A DNA stretch of 64,000 bases, from positions 13,454,001 through 13,518,000 of the forward strand of contig NC_043024.1 of the NCBI RefSeq assembly GCF_006345805.1, given 5' to 3'. Source of the DNA: Octopus sinensis. Taxonomy: Eukaryota. The translations under genes and the position numbers were made by a program. Position 1 is the stretch's first letter. Each line of letters starts with the position of its first letter. Below, piece after piece: positions 28,264 through 42,460 of the stretch. The notes under the pieces were generated by a model. That model worked only from the letters and a program-made list of their open reading frames with translations, searched no databases and had not been told where the DNA came from.

Positions 28264-28400
28264 AACAATGATGATGATGATGATGATGACGACGACGACG
28301 TTGATGATGATGATGAAAATGAGGACAACGATGACGATAATTATCAACACGTTGATGAAGTTGATGATGACGATGATCATGATGATGATGATGAATGAAA
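27640..28400. repeat. (GTT)/(GGT)/(GAT)n trinucleotide array with a ~102-bp internal duplication
   Basis: gacgacgacgacgttgatgatgatgatgaaaatgaggacaacgatga occurs twice, 102 bp apart (gtt at 28198 and 28300). Confidence 0.9.
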
Positions 28401-28554
28401 GATCTATCATACACACACATACACACACACACAAGCATAGTCATACACACACATACACACACACAAGCATAGTCATACACACATACACACAAGCACAAAG
28501 TCATACACACACTCATTCACACACACGCTCACAAACACACGCACATATTCGATG

Positions 28555-28708
28555 GTCTTTTCTCAGATACCGTCCACCATATCAAAAGGCTTCAGTTGGC
28601 ACCGGGTTACAATAGAAGACAACTAGCCCCGTTGCCATACAGTTGGACTGAATTCAGAACCCTACGGCTTGGAAGCACACTTTTTTCCACAGACCAACGC
28701 TTGCCTGT
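28555..28708 (-). mobile_element. SINE family A head, strongly decayed
   Basis: caaaaggctt..ggttacaatagaagaca..cagttggactgaattcagaacc resembles the reverse complement of the head. Confidence 0.5.
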
Positions 28709-29889
28709 ATATATCCGTCCAACACCAATACTCGTTCCCTGATCAAGTATTTCTGGTTTTAATCTATAAAGTAATCTGGGAAATATTTTGACGGATTTAA
28801 ATAAAAAATTTTGACACTGAAGACAATTGTGATTTTAAGAATAGCTTCCGAGTCTTAGATGGTGCTATAGACACAAAAAAAAAAGAAAACTACATCCGGG
28901 AGATTATGATAGAGATCACACTGCAAAAGATATCCAGATGCCAACCGATGGTAATCAGACGAACGTCCATGTTCGTCTCCAGAAATAAGAGAGGTCTTCC
29001 GGTAGACTCCCGCGCACAGTGACGTTTTGTGTTAGTTTTTGTATTATGCATTAACGATATTTACGAAGAACCAAAAGTGAAAAATACCAAGAAAAAACAT
29101 CTCGACAAATAATTCTCTGTAGAGACAAAAATAACAATTGAAGATATTGAAAATCATTATCTCCGACTTCCAGACGATTCTTCAGAAGAATAGGAAAGAA
29201 AAACAAAAGCAAAACAAACCTAAATAATGTGTAAACATTGAGATATTCTGGGTGATATCAGATTATTTAATTATCCGAATATAATCAGTTGTTTTACGGA
29301 GACAGAAGTGAAAATAGGTAAAATGCATGGATACATTTACGGTTCTATTAAATAAAAGACGTTTCTATGCTTTATGCGTAGAACTAGTTCAAACAGAAAC
29401 ATTTCCAAGAGAGAAAGTAGTGCCATTGACACTACGCACAGACACGCGTAAACATTCACACGCACTCACATACACACACACTAACGCTGTCACAGATGTA
29501 TATATGTGAAAATATAAATAGAGATATATGTATAGAGAGAGTGGTGTATATGTAATTAAGAGTGTTGTGCATTGTTACTTTCGGTTGCCAGAAAACAAAC
29601 TATATCAATCAATATGGGTATTTTTTTTTTTATTCTGAAAAAACCAACAACATATATCCATATTTATATATATTGAAGATGGAACTGGTAGATGTTTATA
29701 TGTTACACCATTATCAATGGAAGTCTTAGAAATTTATGAAGATATACTACTTAGATTCAGATATCCTAAATACATATATAAATAAATACATACATACATA
29801 TTTACATGTATATATACATATATATATGAATGCATACATATATATATATATGTGTGTGAATGTGTATATGTATATATATGCATGTATAT

Positions 29890-29940
<51 letters not shown>

Positions 29941-32194
29941 TTATGTATATATGTCCATATGTTTGTCTGTGTTTGTGCGTGTGTATGTGGGTGTATGTAT
30001 GTGTGTGTGTGTGTGTATAATGTCATAGGTCGATACATATCCGCATAGCTAAGTAGTTGCAACTATATCTTGTTTGCAAAAAAAGAAAAACATATAAAAG
30101 TATTAAGAAATAGTTAATACAAAATAACAACAACACCTACAGCAACAACAATAATAATAATATTAATAATGAACTTTGAATATGAAAGGAAAAGGAACGT
30201 CAAAAAAATTGTGAAAAGTATGAAAAGAGATGTGATATTAATTCAACAGTTTGCAAACACAGTATACGATCTATAAAAACGTGTTTCATATTTTTGTAGC
30301 GATGACACACCATGTTATTAAATATACATTTTGAATAAATATATACCTGCCAACTTTTAACACTTTTTATACCGCTGCGTATAAGACCTGTTACTCGTCG
30401 TCATGACCAAATAAGTAATTTCAGCGCGTCGCTATTTATAGTAACCACAATCTGAGTTAGAGCTAAATTTCTCTCTTCTAATTTGCACGAAGGTTAAACC
30501 AATGAGACTCATGTTTTATTTTTGATTTGATTTTTGTCCTTATGGAGGATATCATGTGGCTAATCCAAAGTTTTTCTTTTACCTGTGAAACAACAATTGT
30601 ATAGTTTTCGAACACATGCTTACATTTGTACCTAAGATCTCGATTTATCTTTAGAGCATCGAGTGCTTCTGTAAGTTAATTTCCCTTGCAAATGCCTGTC
30701 ACGTACGGCAATTCTTGCAGAAGTGACCATTTCTATTCAACAGAGTGCATAATATAATTAGCTATAAGTCTTTCACTTCTCAGCGGTCAAGAACCTAATG
30801 CAATGCTCAGTAATGACGTTGTTAAAAAACAGAAACGGATTCCAATTATTTACATATTTATGACCACAAATCGAAACTACAGCACCTGCTTTTCGGGTTC
30901 ACTTAATAACCTGTATCTACTGAAATCCAATATATTTGTTAGTTTAACATGAAAATAAATCACTCACAAGCCGTGAAATGTTCTTATTTGTAATCCTTGT
31001 TGCCAGTTCTTGCATTTTTATGCAAATTAGGTCAGACCAATTCACATCTGTCCGTGTTGTATCTATCATCATATTTTAAACAGTAAACACCAGTTCTTTA
31101 TGTGCTGAGTTCAAATCCTGCCGAGGATCTTGTTCGGTGAAATTAGGTTCTGGGGAAGTACTAGTCTAAATTGAATCAACGTGCCCTCTCTTCATTACTA
31201 TTGCTTGAAACATGCAAAAAGAACAGCGCTCCGTTCAAGGGAGAATATTGTGATCTAGGTCTTTTGTATGTTGTGACATCCGGTTAACCAGATTGCTACA
31301 TCCTCGTATAATATGTTCTCGTTTCAGAAAAAATGTATTAGTAAAACGTTTAGATAGAACTGCACAGTATCATTCACAGTAAATATTTTTAAATAATGTA
31401 ATCCTTATGTATGTCAATGACAATGTGAAGCACGAAGATATTATTTTAACGAAGATGGTTACGAAGACTGTGTATGTGACCATCAGTTTCACACTTCATT
31501 GTAATTTTGTCTGAGGTCACATGCATTGGAGTTTCAAAATGAAGAAGGGCAAAGAGCTTGAAACACATCTAGGATTTCGCCTGGGAGAAGCACAGAACGT
31601 ATAACGTGTTTAAACACTTTTTAACTGAAGCAAGAATTATCTTTTCTCCATGGTAAACTGCATTGAATTTGACGTTAGAAGCGAAAATATCTACCCAACA
31701 TATTTGATCGTCTATTTTTCATTATGCTAAGCGTTTCTAATACTGTAGGTCTATCCTTGTGTTTCCTCCCCCTATTGCTTTGAAACCAGTGTAGGATTTA
31801 CGTCCCTCTTACTGAGCATTTCGGTAAAAGGGAAACCGATCATATCAATACCAGGCTTAGAAGAAAAAGTTTGACTGAACCCTGTTTAAGTAATTATATA
31901 AGGCGGAATTTTCTAGTGAATAGTTTCTTGGTAGTTACCATTACCTATATTGCCCACGGACTGATCGGTAAAACCTGAAAATGGAAATAGCAGTCACTCG
32001 TTAGTCATGCAGGAATTAGTGCTCCTTAAACATATACAAAAAATTAACAAACTTCATTCAGCCTTCGTGAAGCCTTTCACTTCGCGAACTCCGAGGGCAC
32101 AGCGAAAGCAAGAACGTAACACGTCATCGCTCGCGCGACGCCGGCTCACAAGCATTTTCTCCGATTAGGGCTACTGTAGAAATCACACTCTTAA

Positions 32195-32275
32195 GGTGCA
32201 GCGCAGTGGGGCTGAGCTCGGAAACATGTGGTTAGCAAGCAAGCATCTTGCCACAAAGCTACACCCATAATACAG
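32195..32275 (-). mobile_element. SINE family A head fragment
   Basis: gcagtggggctgagctcggaaacatgtggttagcaagcaagcatcttgccaca. Confidence 0.7.
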
Positions 32276-33076
32276 GCAACTGATGTGGGGAAGCAGCGGG
32301 ACAATATATAAGCAAAAATAATTTTTAAACACAAAAACTTTACTCGAATGGTTGAAAGGTTGTCGGAAAACCATTTCAGTATGTATGATCCGTACATGGA
32401 CTATATTACATGAAATTGTGCAGCATTACTAGTGCCGCTCCAGTCATGACAATGTGGTCAGTTTATTAATATCTACTGCTATTACACAGTATATACTAGT
32501 ATGTTTAGGATTTTTTTGATATGTTAACCGAGATATACGTAAATAATTTTTTCTCTAGCAAGACTAGAATCCATGTAGAATCTGCTATAGTTGGTTCATC
32601 ATTTCCGTATGGAGGATTCTACTCTCTTTTAGAACATTTCTATTTGCAGTATATGTTTCCAATATATTCACTTAAAAAAAATAAAAAGAACTTGCGGTAT
32701 TTTTATTAATGGCGTAGTGTGCCTTTGCTCACAAATGATTTATATTTGATAAGCATATATGACAGAACAACCCTGTGTACATACATACTTACATACATAC
32801 ATACGAGCGTACGTACATACGTACGTTCGTACTTATATGCGTACGTACGTGTGCATGTCTGTATGTGTGTTCTTGATGATGTCTAGCTTTAGCCAAAGAG
32901 AATATATCTACCATGTAATTTGATATTTCACTCTCATATGGAATATTTTCACTAACATACTGACTGTTAAATAAAGTCATATGGAGTACGCCTCCTTACT
33001 TCTCCACCATTTTTGCTTTTTCTCCGTATCTCAGTCTCTCGTCTCTCTCACTCACTCTGTCTCTCTCTCTCATATA

Positions 33077-33118
<42 letters not shown>

Positions 33119-33158
33119 AATATATATGTATTTATATATAACTATATATATATAATAT

Positions 33159-33192
<34 letters not shown>

Positions 33193-33195
33193 CAT

Positions 33196-33246
<51 letters not shown>

Positions 33247-33759
33247 TATATACACATACATACATACATAGAAAAGGGAGAGATAGAGGGAATGATATAT
33301 GCAACTACGTAGTCATATCTCTTTTATTTAAGTTTCAATACATACTCACACACGCACACGTACACACACGCACACACACACATACACACACACTTACTCC
33401 CATCCATACCCATATCATACGCGTTCATTCCTGTCACTTTGTAAGCGCTAACGTTATCGTCTCAGCAAATGAGATCTATTTACATGTTAGTAGAATATCG
33501 TATATTTATCTAATAGTATGTTTTGGGATATTGCTAGCCGTGAACATTTTTCTAACGCGACAGATGTAAAGAAATTACGAGTTTCTGTCCAAATTTATAT
33601 TCAAGGCAATATATATTCTTCGTACTTATTATCTATTTGTAGATGTATTCGCCAATGCATATATTTATCTATACACTTATGTATGTAGATATATCTATGA
33701 ATGCAGACATATTATATATTTTCATACATATATGCATATTCATACATAAATACTTATGA

Positions 33760-33820
<61 letters not shown>

Positions 33821-33845
33821 TGTGTGTATTACATATCTATATCTA

Positions 33846-33888
<43 letters not shown>

Positions 33889-34838
33889 TATGCATATATA
33901 CATACAGATATATGTATATGAATGCAGACACATCATATATTTACATACATATATGTATATACATACATAAATACATATGAATATAAATATATATATGTAC
34001 ATTATGCATGTATACATACAGATGTATATATAAGTACAGACATATGCACACACGTACGTATTTAAGTATGTATGTGTGTATACGTTTTAATGTATGTATG
34101 TATATTTGGATATGGCGATATATGTTCAAATAACTCTGAATATGATATATGCATTGAATTTCTCTACTTTCTATGGATGCGTATAAAAATGAAGTGTATA
34201 TAATAAATCTAAAGCCATACAGAGATCGATATGCGGGTGGCTGGCTGGCTGGTCGGGTGGATGGCACGATGGTGTTGGTGAATGGATGAATAGAGAGAAA
34301 TAGGAATGTCCGGAAGGATGATTGAATGGTCGGCTGGTTGGTTGGTTCCATTAGAGAGAAAGGAGTAGACGGATGGCTGTATGGTAGATTGGCAGGAAAT
34401 GTTGGGTGGAATAACTTCGAGGAAGAATATTTTTTTGTTATTTTATTTCACAAAGTGAAATACGATATACATTTTATACATTTGCCTGCTCCAGCGTGGC
34501 CGTAGCCAAATGACTGGAACAGATAAAAGAATAAAAGAATATACAACAGATATATTTCTACGCACAATTATTTATGGATTTTTTTTTCATACGCATACAC
34601 ATAGTCAAATTAATATACACACACAAACCAGCAGTGGAAGAATAAAGCGCTCTACAGACTTCATATTGCTTCTATTTATTTGTATTCACAGACGACTGGG
34701 AATTCACATTACGTAATATTTCATAGAATCTAGAAGCAAGTATGCAAATAATTGCGAGTGATTTTTCAACTCATAACAACTCGCTCCGCTCATACACGTT
34801 CATCTTGTTTACATCATAAAATATTATACAACTTTGAG

Positions 34839-34985
34839 AGGCGTAACCGTGGTTTGGCGACCAGAAGTTTGATTTTTAACGCCATGGTTCCGAGTTCAGT
34901 CTCACGACTTGGCCCTTTGGTGCAAGCGTCCTTTGCTTCAGGGGGTTTGGTTAGAGGAAAACTGAAAGAAGCCTGTCGCATATTA
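34839..34985 (+). mobile_element. SINE family A 5' half, decayed
   Basis: ccatggttccgagttcagtc..aaactgaaagaagcctgtcg. Confidence 0.6.
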
Positions 34986-34992
34986 TATATTT

Positions 34993-35180
34993 ATTCTTTT
35001 TGTTGCTTCAGCCATTCGACTGCGGTCATGCTGGAGCACTGCGTTAAAGAGTTTTAGCCTGAGAGATCAACTGGAGGACATATTTATTGGAAGATTTAGT
35101 ACTTATTTTATCAGACAGTTTTCTCGAACCACTAAGTTACGTGGACACAAACACTCTAGCAGCGATTGTCAAGCGGTGAT
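34993..35180 (-). mobile_element. SINE family A 3' half
   Basis: gactgcggtcatgctggagcac..ttagtacttatt..ttgtcaagcg. Confidence 0.7.
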
Positions 35181-37396
35181 GTGTGTGTGTGTATGTGTGT
35201 GTATGTGTGTGGAACAAATATAGACACACCCACACTTGGATGTCAGTATACCTCGTTTCCTATTAAAAAGACTGACTTAGCAGCGTATAGGTCTCCGGAC
35301 TAATATCAGCGCACTTGAACCGATAGAATAAATGTTGGGGAGAGTGCGGGAAGCCATGGCGTACGTTGGTAGAAATTGGGCCACTAGACTATTAAAGAGC
35401 CTAGGTAACCGCAAAGTGGTCCATTATCTTAAAACTACCTATTATCCGCAGAAACACATAAAATCTTCCAGATACGCATAGCCACAGATAAATACACAAA
35501 ACCACACAAACGGCAATGTCTATTATAAGATCCTCAACCATACGATTTGTAATAGTTTCCGCATACTTATGTTCACGTTTTAGACATGTTATATGCGGGT
35601 ACTTTGAAAATACCTCGCAGGGTTGCAGCCGTGCCCTTCCTTGTTATGAGTCTTCTTTTGGCAATATATAGAATCCGTTCAGCCACGCTACGAAGGATAT
35701 GGAGGAGTCATGGGAGAGCTACGTGGGGGTATTTTGAGGAGGCAGCTGAAGAGCAAAATTGACCCAACGGTGTTCTTACATTGGTTTTGAGCGGAGGAAT
35801 CCTAGAACAACGATCAGGATTACCGAGGGCTATAAAAAGAGCAACTGTTACGCACCTATAATGGCAGCTTACATGGTTGAGTAATCATCCAATGAAAGCT
35901 TTATTACGACTCAAGGACCTAAGTACAAATAGGAATGAGAGAATTTGGTGGCGATAGTGAGTCTCGGGAAACCGTGCGAGAAGTGTGCCCAGATATTGTC
36001 AGGTGTTATGGAAAGGATAGTGTGCAAAACGTGAGCAAAATTACAGGTACAAACACTGTCTTGTTGAATTGAAATGAAAATTTCAATGTCACATTGCCCA
36101 TCGATCCGAGGGTTAGATGGGCATAAGAACATTAGAAAAAATGGTCGATCATAGAAATATGATTTTATTCCTACGAAAGTGAACTTTTGGGGAAGGGCTA
36201 TGCGATTATTTACTTATAGCGTGACCGCTGGTTATTGTGAAATTTCATATGTAATATAATTTATGCAAGTTTAAAAATGTGCCATAACTCATTTCCGCCC
36301 AGATATCCTTATGTACATTGAGAATTGTTTTCACAATAACAAAAGAATTATTGCCTCTGATTTTATTTTAAGTTTGGGGAAAATAATCTTCGTCTCTTAT
36401 TTATACAACCCAACGTATTACATGAACTTTTTTCGTATTTATTGGTAATACTATTTCTCGATAAATCATTAGAAACCTTATTTTCCGTTCCTTATAAACA
36501 CCCTGTTTTATCGATTTTTGTATTTTTTTTTTCTATTCTTCTTTTTCGCATTTTCCGATGTTCGTCAAATTTTTGTCGATTTCATTCACCAATCTTTTCG
36601 AGGGTTTTTTGTAGATTTTAGATTGAATTTCCTTTTGCCATTTTGGGAAAAAGTTCCCGTGGTTTTTTTCTCTGGTGGGTATCTCTATCTTAATCCATAT
36701 TTCAATTCCTTAACCTTCCATACGCCATTAATTCTGTTGGAAGAGGTCTTTGCATTTTCATTCTCTCGGCGAATTCTGTTCTACACTTAAAGCATCTCAT
36801 AAAACATAATTGGATGTGCTCACGTTCTTGGTGGACAAGAACACCAGACTCTTGTTCATAATTTAGCAGACATGCTGTTATGTTTAATAATGATTAAATG
36901 CTTTGCAAAAAGAGGAATTTTTATGAATGCGAAAAAAAATAACTTTCAAACAATGGAAAGCTCAATATAACATTATTGATTTTAATAACTTTATTAAAAA
37001 TATTCTTAGAAAATCAACTGGTAATTAAAAATATTACATTATGCGTCGATTTTATTCTAGTTGTCAGCCTCGTTGCCACCTCTGCTCGTCTGTTGAGGTT
37101 ATTCATTCGCTTCCACTCGACAAATATTGAGATAATAATGGAAAAATAATGCTTGTGTGAAATAATTCTTAAATTATCCAAGAAATAAATATTTATTTAA
37201 ATTTAAACAACTGAAGGCATCTCTGTGGATAAGTTCATCTTTCTGTTTTGTCCGCTTAAGAAACGACAATGCGTTTAAACACCGCATACGTTGAAATCAA
37301 CGGGAGATTCCCTGCTACATCCCCCACACCCACACCCACACACACACACTCGTACACACATACACACATACACACATACATACACACACACACATG

Positions 37397-37727
37397 CTTT
37401 TACTTTTTTAATTGTTTCAGTAATTTGACTGCGGCCATGCTGGAGCACCGCCTGTAGTCGAGGAAATCGACCCCGGGACTTGTTCTTTGTAAGCCTATCG
37501 GTCTCTGTTGCTGAACTGCTAAGGTACAGGGACGTGAACACACCAGCATCCGTTGTCAAGCAATGCTAGAGGGACAAACACAGACACACAATCATACACA
37601 CACACACACGCGCGCATATATATATATATATATATATAATATATATATATATACATACATACATACATACATATATACGACGGGCTTCTTTCAGTTTCCG
37701 TCTACCAAATCCACTTACAAGGCTTTG
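37397..37727 (-). mobile_element. SINE family A, 5'-truncated
   Basis: Tail, internal microsatellite and cgacgggcttctttcagtttccgtctaccaaatccac present; head missing. Confidence 0.9.
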
Positions 37728-38364
37728 ATTGATGCGTGGTGTGGAGTTGGTATGTTAGAAATGAAGGAAATCTCGAACGCAGAATAGCTGTGAAAAGAGC
37801 CCAGAACAACAGATGAAATGCTCTCAGAGATGGGAAAAATCGCCAGGCTTGTTTGCCAGAGTTGCTGCAGTTTTAGCAAATGCTTTTCAAATTGTTACAG
37901 ATTTCCAATATTGTACTAAGTGATAGCTATACGATCAGCCTAACTGGTATTTGCGATCGTTTGCGTAAGTACGGTGTTTGTGAGAATTAACTCTCTGAGT
38001 CTGACAACGTCAAATTAATAGATATCGGTCGTTCCGGAAAGGAAAGCGATTCCGTTTCACGGTAACATTGACCATTAGTTTCCTTGTCCTTTATCCGTCG
38101 GTTTTCGGTATTTGTTTTCATAATGTATCTAATATCTGCCCAATCAACGGCGGTGCCCCAGCATGGCCACAGCTCGTGAATTGAAACTAGATGAAATAAA
38201 GTAAATAAAAAGAATCACTATATGTTGTTACCAAGATTCCGTCGTACATACGCAGACCCGCAGAAACACACACGCGCACACACACACATACACACACACT
38301 CACACACACAGACACGCACGCACGCACACAGATGCTCTCTTAGTTTCTTTCGTTAATAACTCTT

Positions 38365-38510
38365 TTGTCAGAATTCCTCCGGCATCGACTCTGCCTTTCC
38401 TCCTTTAGGGTTTGACAGATTAAGTACCAGTTGAGAACTGGGGTCCATATGACCTTAGCGCCCTAACTAACCTGATATCACTGACTTTGCACTAAAATTT
38501 GAAACCAATA
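38365..38510 (+). mobile_element. SINE family B-related fragment
   Basis: tcgactctgcctttcctcctttagggtttgacagattaagtaccagttgagaactggggtc. Confidence 0.65.
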
Positions 38511-39414
38511 TCTATTTCCTCGGCCTTTCCTTGACACTTGTTTCTATCCTACATCTCACATCTCATCTCTTCCGCTTCCTTTTCCTGTGACTGCAAAGAT
38601 ATCCTCTCATTATATCTCTCTCTGGCTCTATCTCTGTCTCTGTCTGTGTGTCTGTCTCTCTCTCTCTCTCTTGCCTTGTTTTTATTTCCCCCTCTTTAAA
38701 TCTGCCTGCTTGCCTGTCTACATATTTTACCCCTAAGCCATTCCCTATCACTGTAATTTATTTGTCTAACATTTCTCTCTCTCTATCTCTATTCATCTCC
38801 CTCTCCGCTCATCTCTCGCCATTTCCCCTTCCTCTCCTCACACCTCCGTCTCATATTTCTATACAAATGCCGCGATAAGTTATGCCTCTATGGACAAAAC
38901 ACAGATTAGAATCACAAAGTGCAGACATTATAATTCTTCAAGTCAATTTCACCACAATTGCCTTTCAAGGAACCATGAACCTCTCAGACTCTGTAGTTAG
39001 ATTCAAACAAATTTCACACAATATGTTGTTATTTTATTACGAAATTCCAGTAACCTATCTGCATCATCTCAACAGTGAAATAAATTCTCCTTTAATTAAA
39101 GAAACAAACAAACAAATTAACAACAACAAAAACAGCGATCGCCGATGAGCGATTGATAATTTCGATTTGTTTTGAAAAACGTTTCAATTATTTCCAACTG
39201 TGCGACCAATCAGATATTTCATTAAAATTTACAACTATGAAGTCCGATTTTATTATTTGGCTTTTTTTTAAAAAAAAGAAAAAAATGCAATAAAGAAATA
39301 AATAAATGAAAAAAATAAACTTCTGCTCTGGAAAAAAAAATTGAAGTTAAACACAAATAACAAACACAACACAATGGTGTATAACATTGTTAAACAAGCA
39401 GAATGACATAGCCA

Positions 39415-39519
<105 letters not shown>

Positions 39520-39542
39520 TAATAATAATAATGATAATGATA

Positions 39543-39615
<73 letters not shown>

Positions 39616-39694
39616 AAATCTCTGACTGACGTATAAACAATGGCTGCACAACATCAAGTGTATTTGCCACCTAAATGTGGCTAACGCTGGTTGT

Positions 39695-39738
39695 CACACG
39701 CTGATGACGGGTCAATATCAGAAACTCGGGTCCGTGTG
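39695..39738 (+). ncRNA. Minimal type I hammerhead ribozyme motif, copy a (stem II weakened)
   Basis: cacacg-CTGATGA-cgggtcaatatca-GAAA-c-tcgg-g-TC-cgtgtg: perfect 6-bp stem I and a GUC triplet (site after 39732). Confidence 0.6.
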
Positions 39739-40243
39739 TATCACGTCAGGCTGGAAATGGGAACAATGACTTCCCTTTGCACATACTAATAGAGCACAGA
39801 TAGTGTGTCAATAGCCAGCTGGAGGAGACGTCTGCCTGGGGCTACAAGCTACAGTAGCATCAACCCTTAAGGGTTAGCCATATTTAGGTGGCAAATATAC
39901 TTCTTTGACTCCTTCACAGAGTAACCGCTGCATTTGTTGAGTGTATAGATAGCTTGGCTCTGATGAGAACCCAAAAAGGTTGGAAAATGGATTAAAGTTG
40001 TTCATCAATTTTTTCAGTCTGCGGAGAAATGGCTAAAAATTTGACCTCTTTATAATTATACTATATGTTATGTATATATATGTGTGTGTGTATAATCTGT
40101 AGGTATATATATATAATCTGTATGTATGTATATATATATGTATGTATAATCTGTAAGTGTATATATATATAATATATATATATATATATTATATATATAT
40201 ATAAGATAATAATAATAATAATAATAATAAAATAATAATAATA

Positions 40244-40338
<95 letters not shown>

Positions 40339-40439
40339 TAATAATAATAATAATAATACTAAATCTCTGACTGACGTATAAACAATGGCTGCACAACATC
40401 AAGTGTATTTGCCACCTAAATGTGGCTAACGCTGGTTGT

Positions 40440-40484
40440 CACACGCTGATGACGGGTCAATATCCAGAAACTCGGGTCCGTGTG
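40440..40484 (+). ncRNA. Minimal type I hammerhead ribozyme motif, copy b
   Basis: cacacg-CTGATGA-cgggtcaatatcca-GAAA-c-tcgg-g-TC-cgtgtg. Stem II GGG/TCC with a C.A mismatch at its base; GUC site after 40478. Confidence 0.65.
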
Positions 40485-40901
40485 TATCACGTCAGGCTGG
40501 AAATGGGAACAATGACTTCCCTTTGCACATACTAATAGAGCACAGATAGTGTGTCAATAGCCAGCTGGAGGAGACGTCTGCCTGGGGCTACAAGCTACAG
40601 TAGCATCAACCCTTAAGGGTTAGCCATATTTAGGTGGCAAATATACTTCTGTGACTCCTTCACAGAGTAACCGCTGCATTTGTTGAGTGTATAGATAGGT
40701 TGGCTCTGATGAGAACCCAAAAAGGTTGGAAAATGGATTAAAGTTGTTCATCAATTTTTTCAGTCTGCGGAGAAATGGCTAAAATTTGACCTCTTTATAA
40801 TTATACTATATGTTATGTATATATATGTGTGTGTGTATAATCTGTAGGTATATATATATAATCTGTATGTATGTATATATATATGTATGTATAATCTGTA
40901 A

Positions 40902-40940
<39 letters not shown>

Positions 40941-42426
40941 TGCGTAAAAACATGCGTTTGGAAACACTCACACGCACACATATATGTATGTATCTCTTCC
41001 CAGCGCCTGACGATCGGTGATACCTTGTTTACGAGATTGGTTTGTTTGACTCGATCCCCTATTCAAGAGATAGGCCGCAATTTGAAATACAATACACATG
41101 CAATATTCTTCTAACACTGGAGATATTAAACATTGACACACACAGGGTCTGAATGGGATCGAAAGTTAATTGCTTTTGACATGTTAAAAATGGCAACCCA
41201 ATTTCTCCAAAGAACTAAAACTAACCTACATTTTAACGTATATTTAGTGAAGATGTAACTCAATAGACTTGGGGTTAAATTTTGACTGATAGTCGTCCCT
41301 GTTGTTCTGATTTGAACCTGAGTTGAGATACGCGATGAAGACTGCAATACACGTTCACAAGAACACAACGAAGTTTCAGCCTGACTGGGTGAAGCAGCTG
41401 TGAAATATCCTTCATATCAGAAAGTTTTTTTGCCTAAGGCTGAATGGGTGCGGTAGATAATGGGTCTAAAATAAACTGTCTGAATAAAGGACTGTGTGGT
41501 CAAGGTTAGCTTTTCGTTATCAAGAGGTCACGTCCATTTGCGATGATCTGGGCTTAATCGACAGCTATAATATTGTAAACCAAAGGTAAAGGATTTTAAA
41601 AACTGAGGAACATTTTTGGTATTCGATCGTTATTTGAATTCATGGTGAGACACAAAATGTCTTTCGAAGAGAAACCAATACGATAAATTGATGAAACATG
41701 TCTGAGGAAATCGAATTTAAAAGCATTTGTACATATATAAAACCCTTATCCCCACACAGATGTTGTTTGAACAAAGCATACCTGAGTTGAGTAGCATGTG
41801 AGAAGCCCTGAGACTGTTTTTTGGTGCAAAATGCACGCTTGTTTATATCGCTAGCGGTGATACAAATCTCTATCATCGTTGAAATGGAACCAGATTTTAT
41901 AAATACACACTAGAGAATGAGAGACTGAATTTTAACGAAGTTGAGAGATTTGATCCGGAGATTGTAACAAGGAAAGAGAACGCAACGATGAAGAAATATA
42001 GAATGGAGAAGAATAAAGAATTTCTAAGAAAGCGAGACCCAAATTTAAAAGGAATAAAAAGAAAGTTCTTGTTCAGCGTTATACCAAACATGGCGGACAT
42101 GATGAATTGTTTTATGAAAATTATTGCTGACTCGAAACATAAATCTTTTAAAAATAAAACAATTATCTTAAAAATTTATTTACATTTCTCAATGTCTCAG
42201 AATTGAAGAAATTATACGAGATGAAGAATTTTCCGATATATTTGTTAAAGTAATAAATAAGAATTTATAAAAAAAAGAAAGTGTTGGTTGTACACAATGC
42301 AATTGTTGAGGAATTCTTGTCTTACAAAATAATTGTGGCAGCTGAGTTGTCATTCCTGTTAGAACTCCTTTATTTTTCTTTGCAATTTCTTCTCCTGTAC
42401 AAATATCTGACAACTCAAGGCACACG

Positions 42427-42460
<34 letters not shown>

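Noticed and set aside
36700-36830. Minus-strand RCFKC as a gag-like zinc knuckle
   Set aside because: The His and Cys needed to complete CCHC are absent.
39035-39100. Minus-strand IYFTVEMMQIG as an ion-channel exon
   Set aside because: Weak donor (gttact), very short, stop soon after; likely chance.
41005-41045. CTGACGA-tcggtgatacc..gagattgg as a hammerhead
   Set aside because: No GAAA and no convincing helices I or III.
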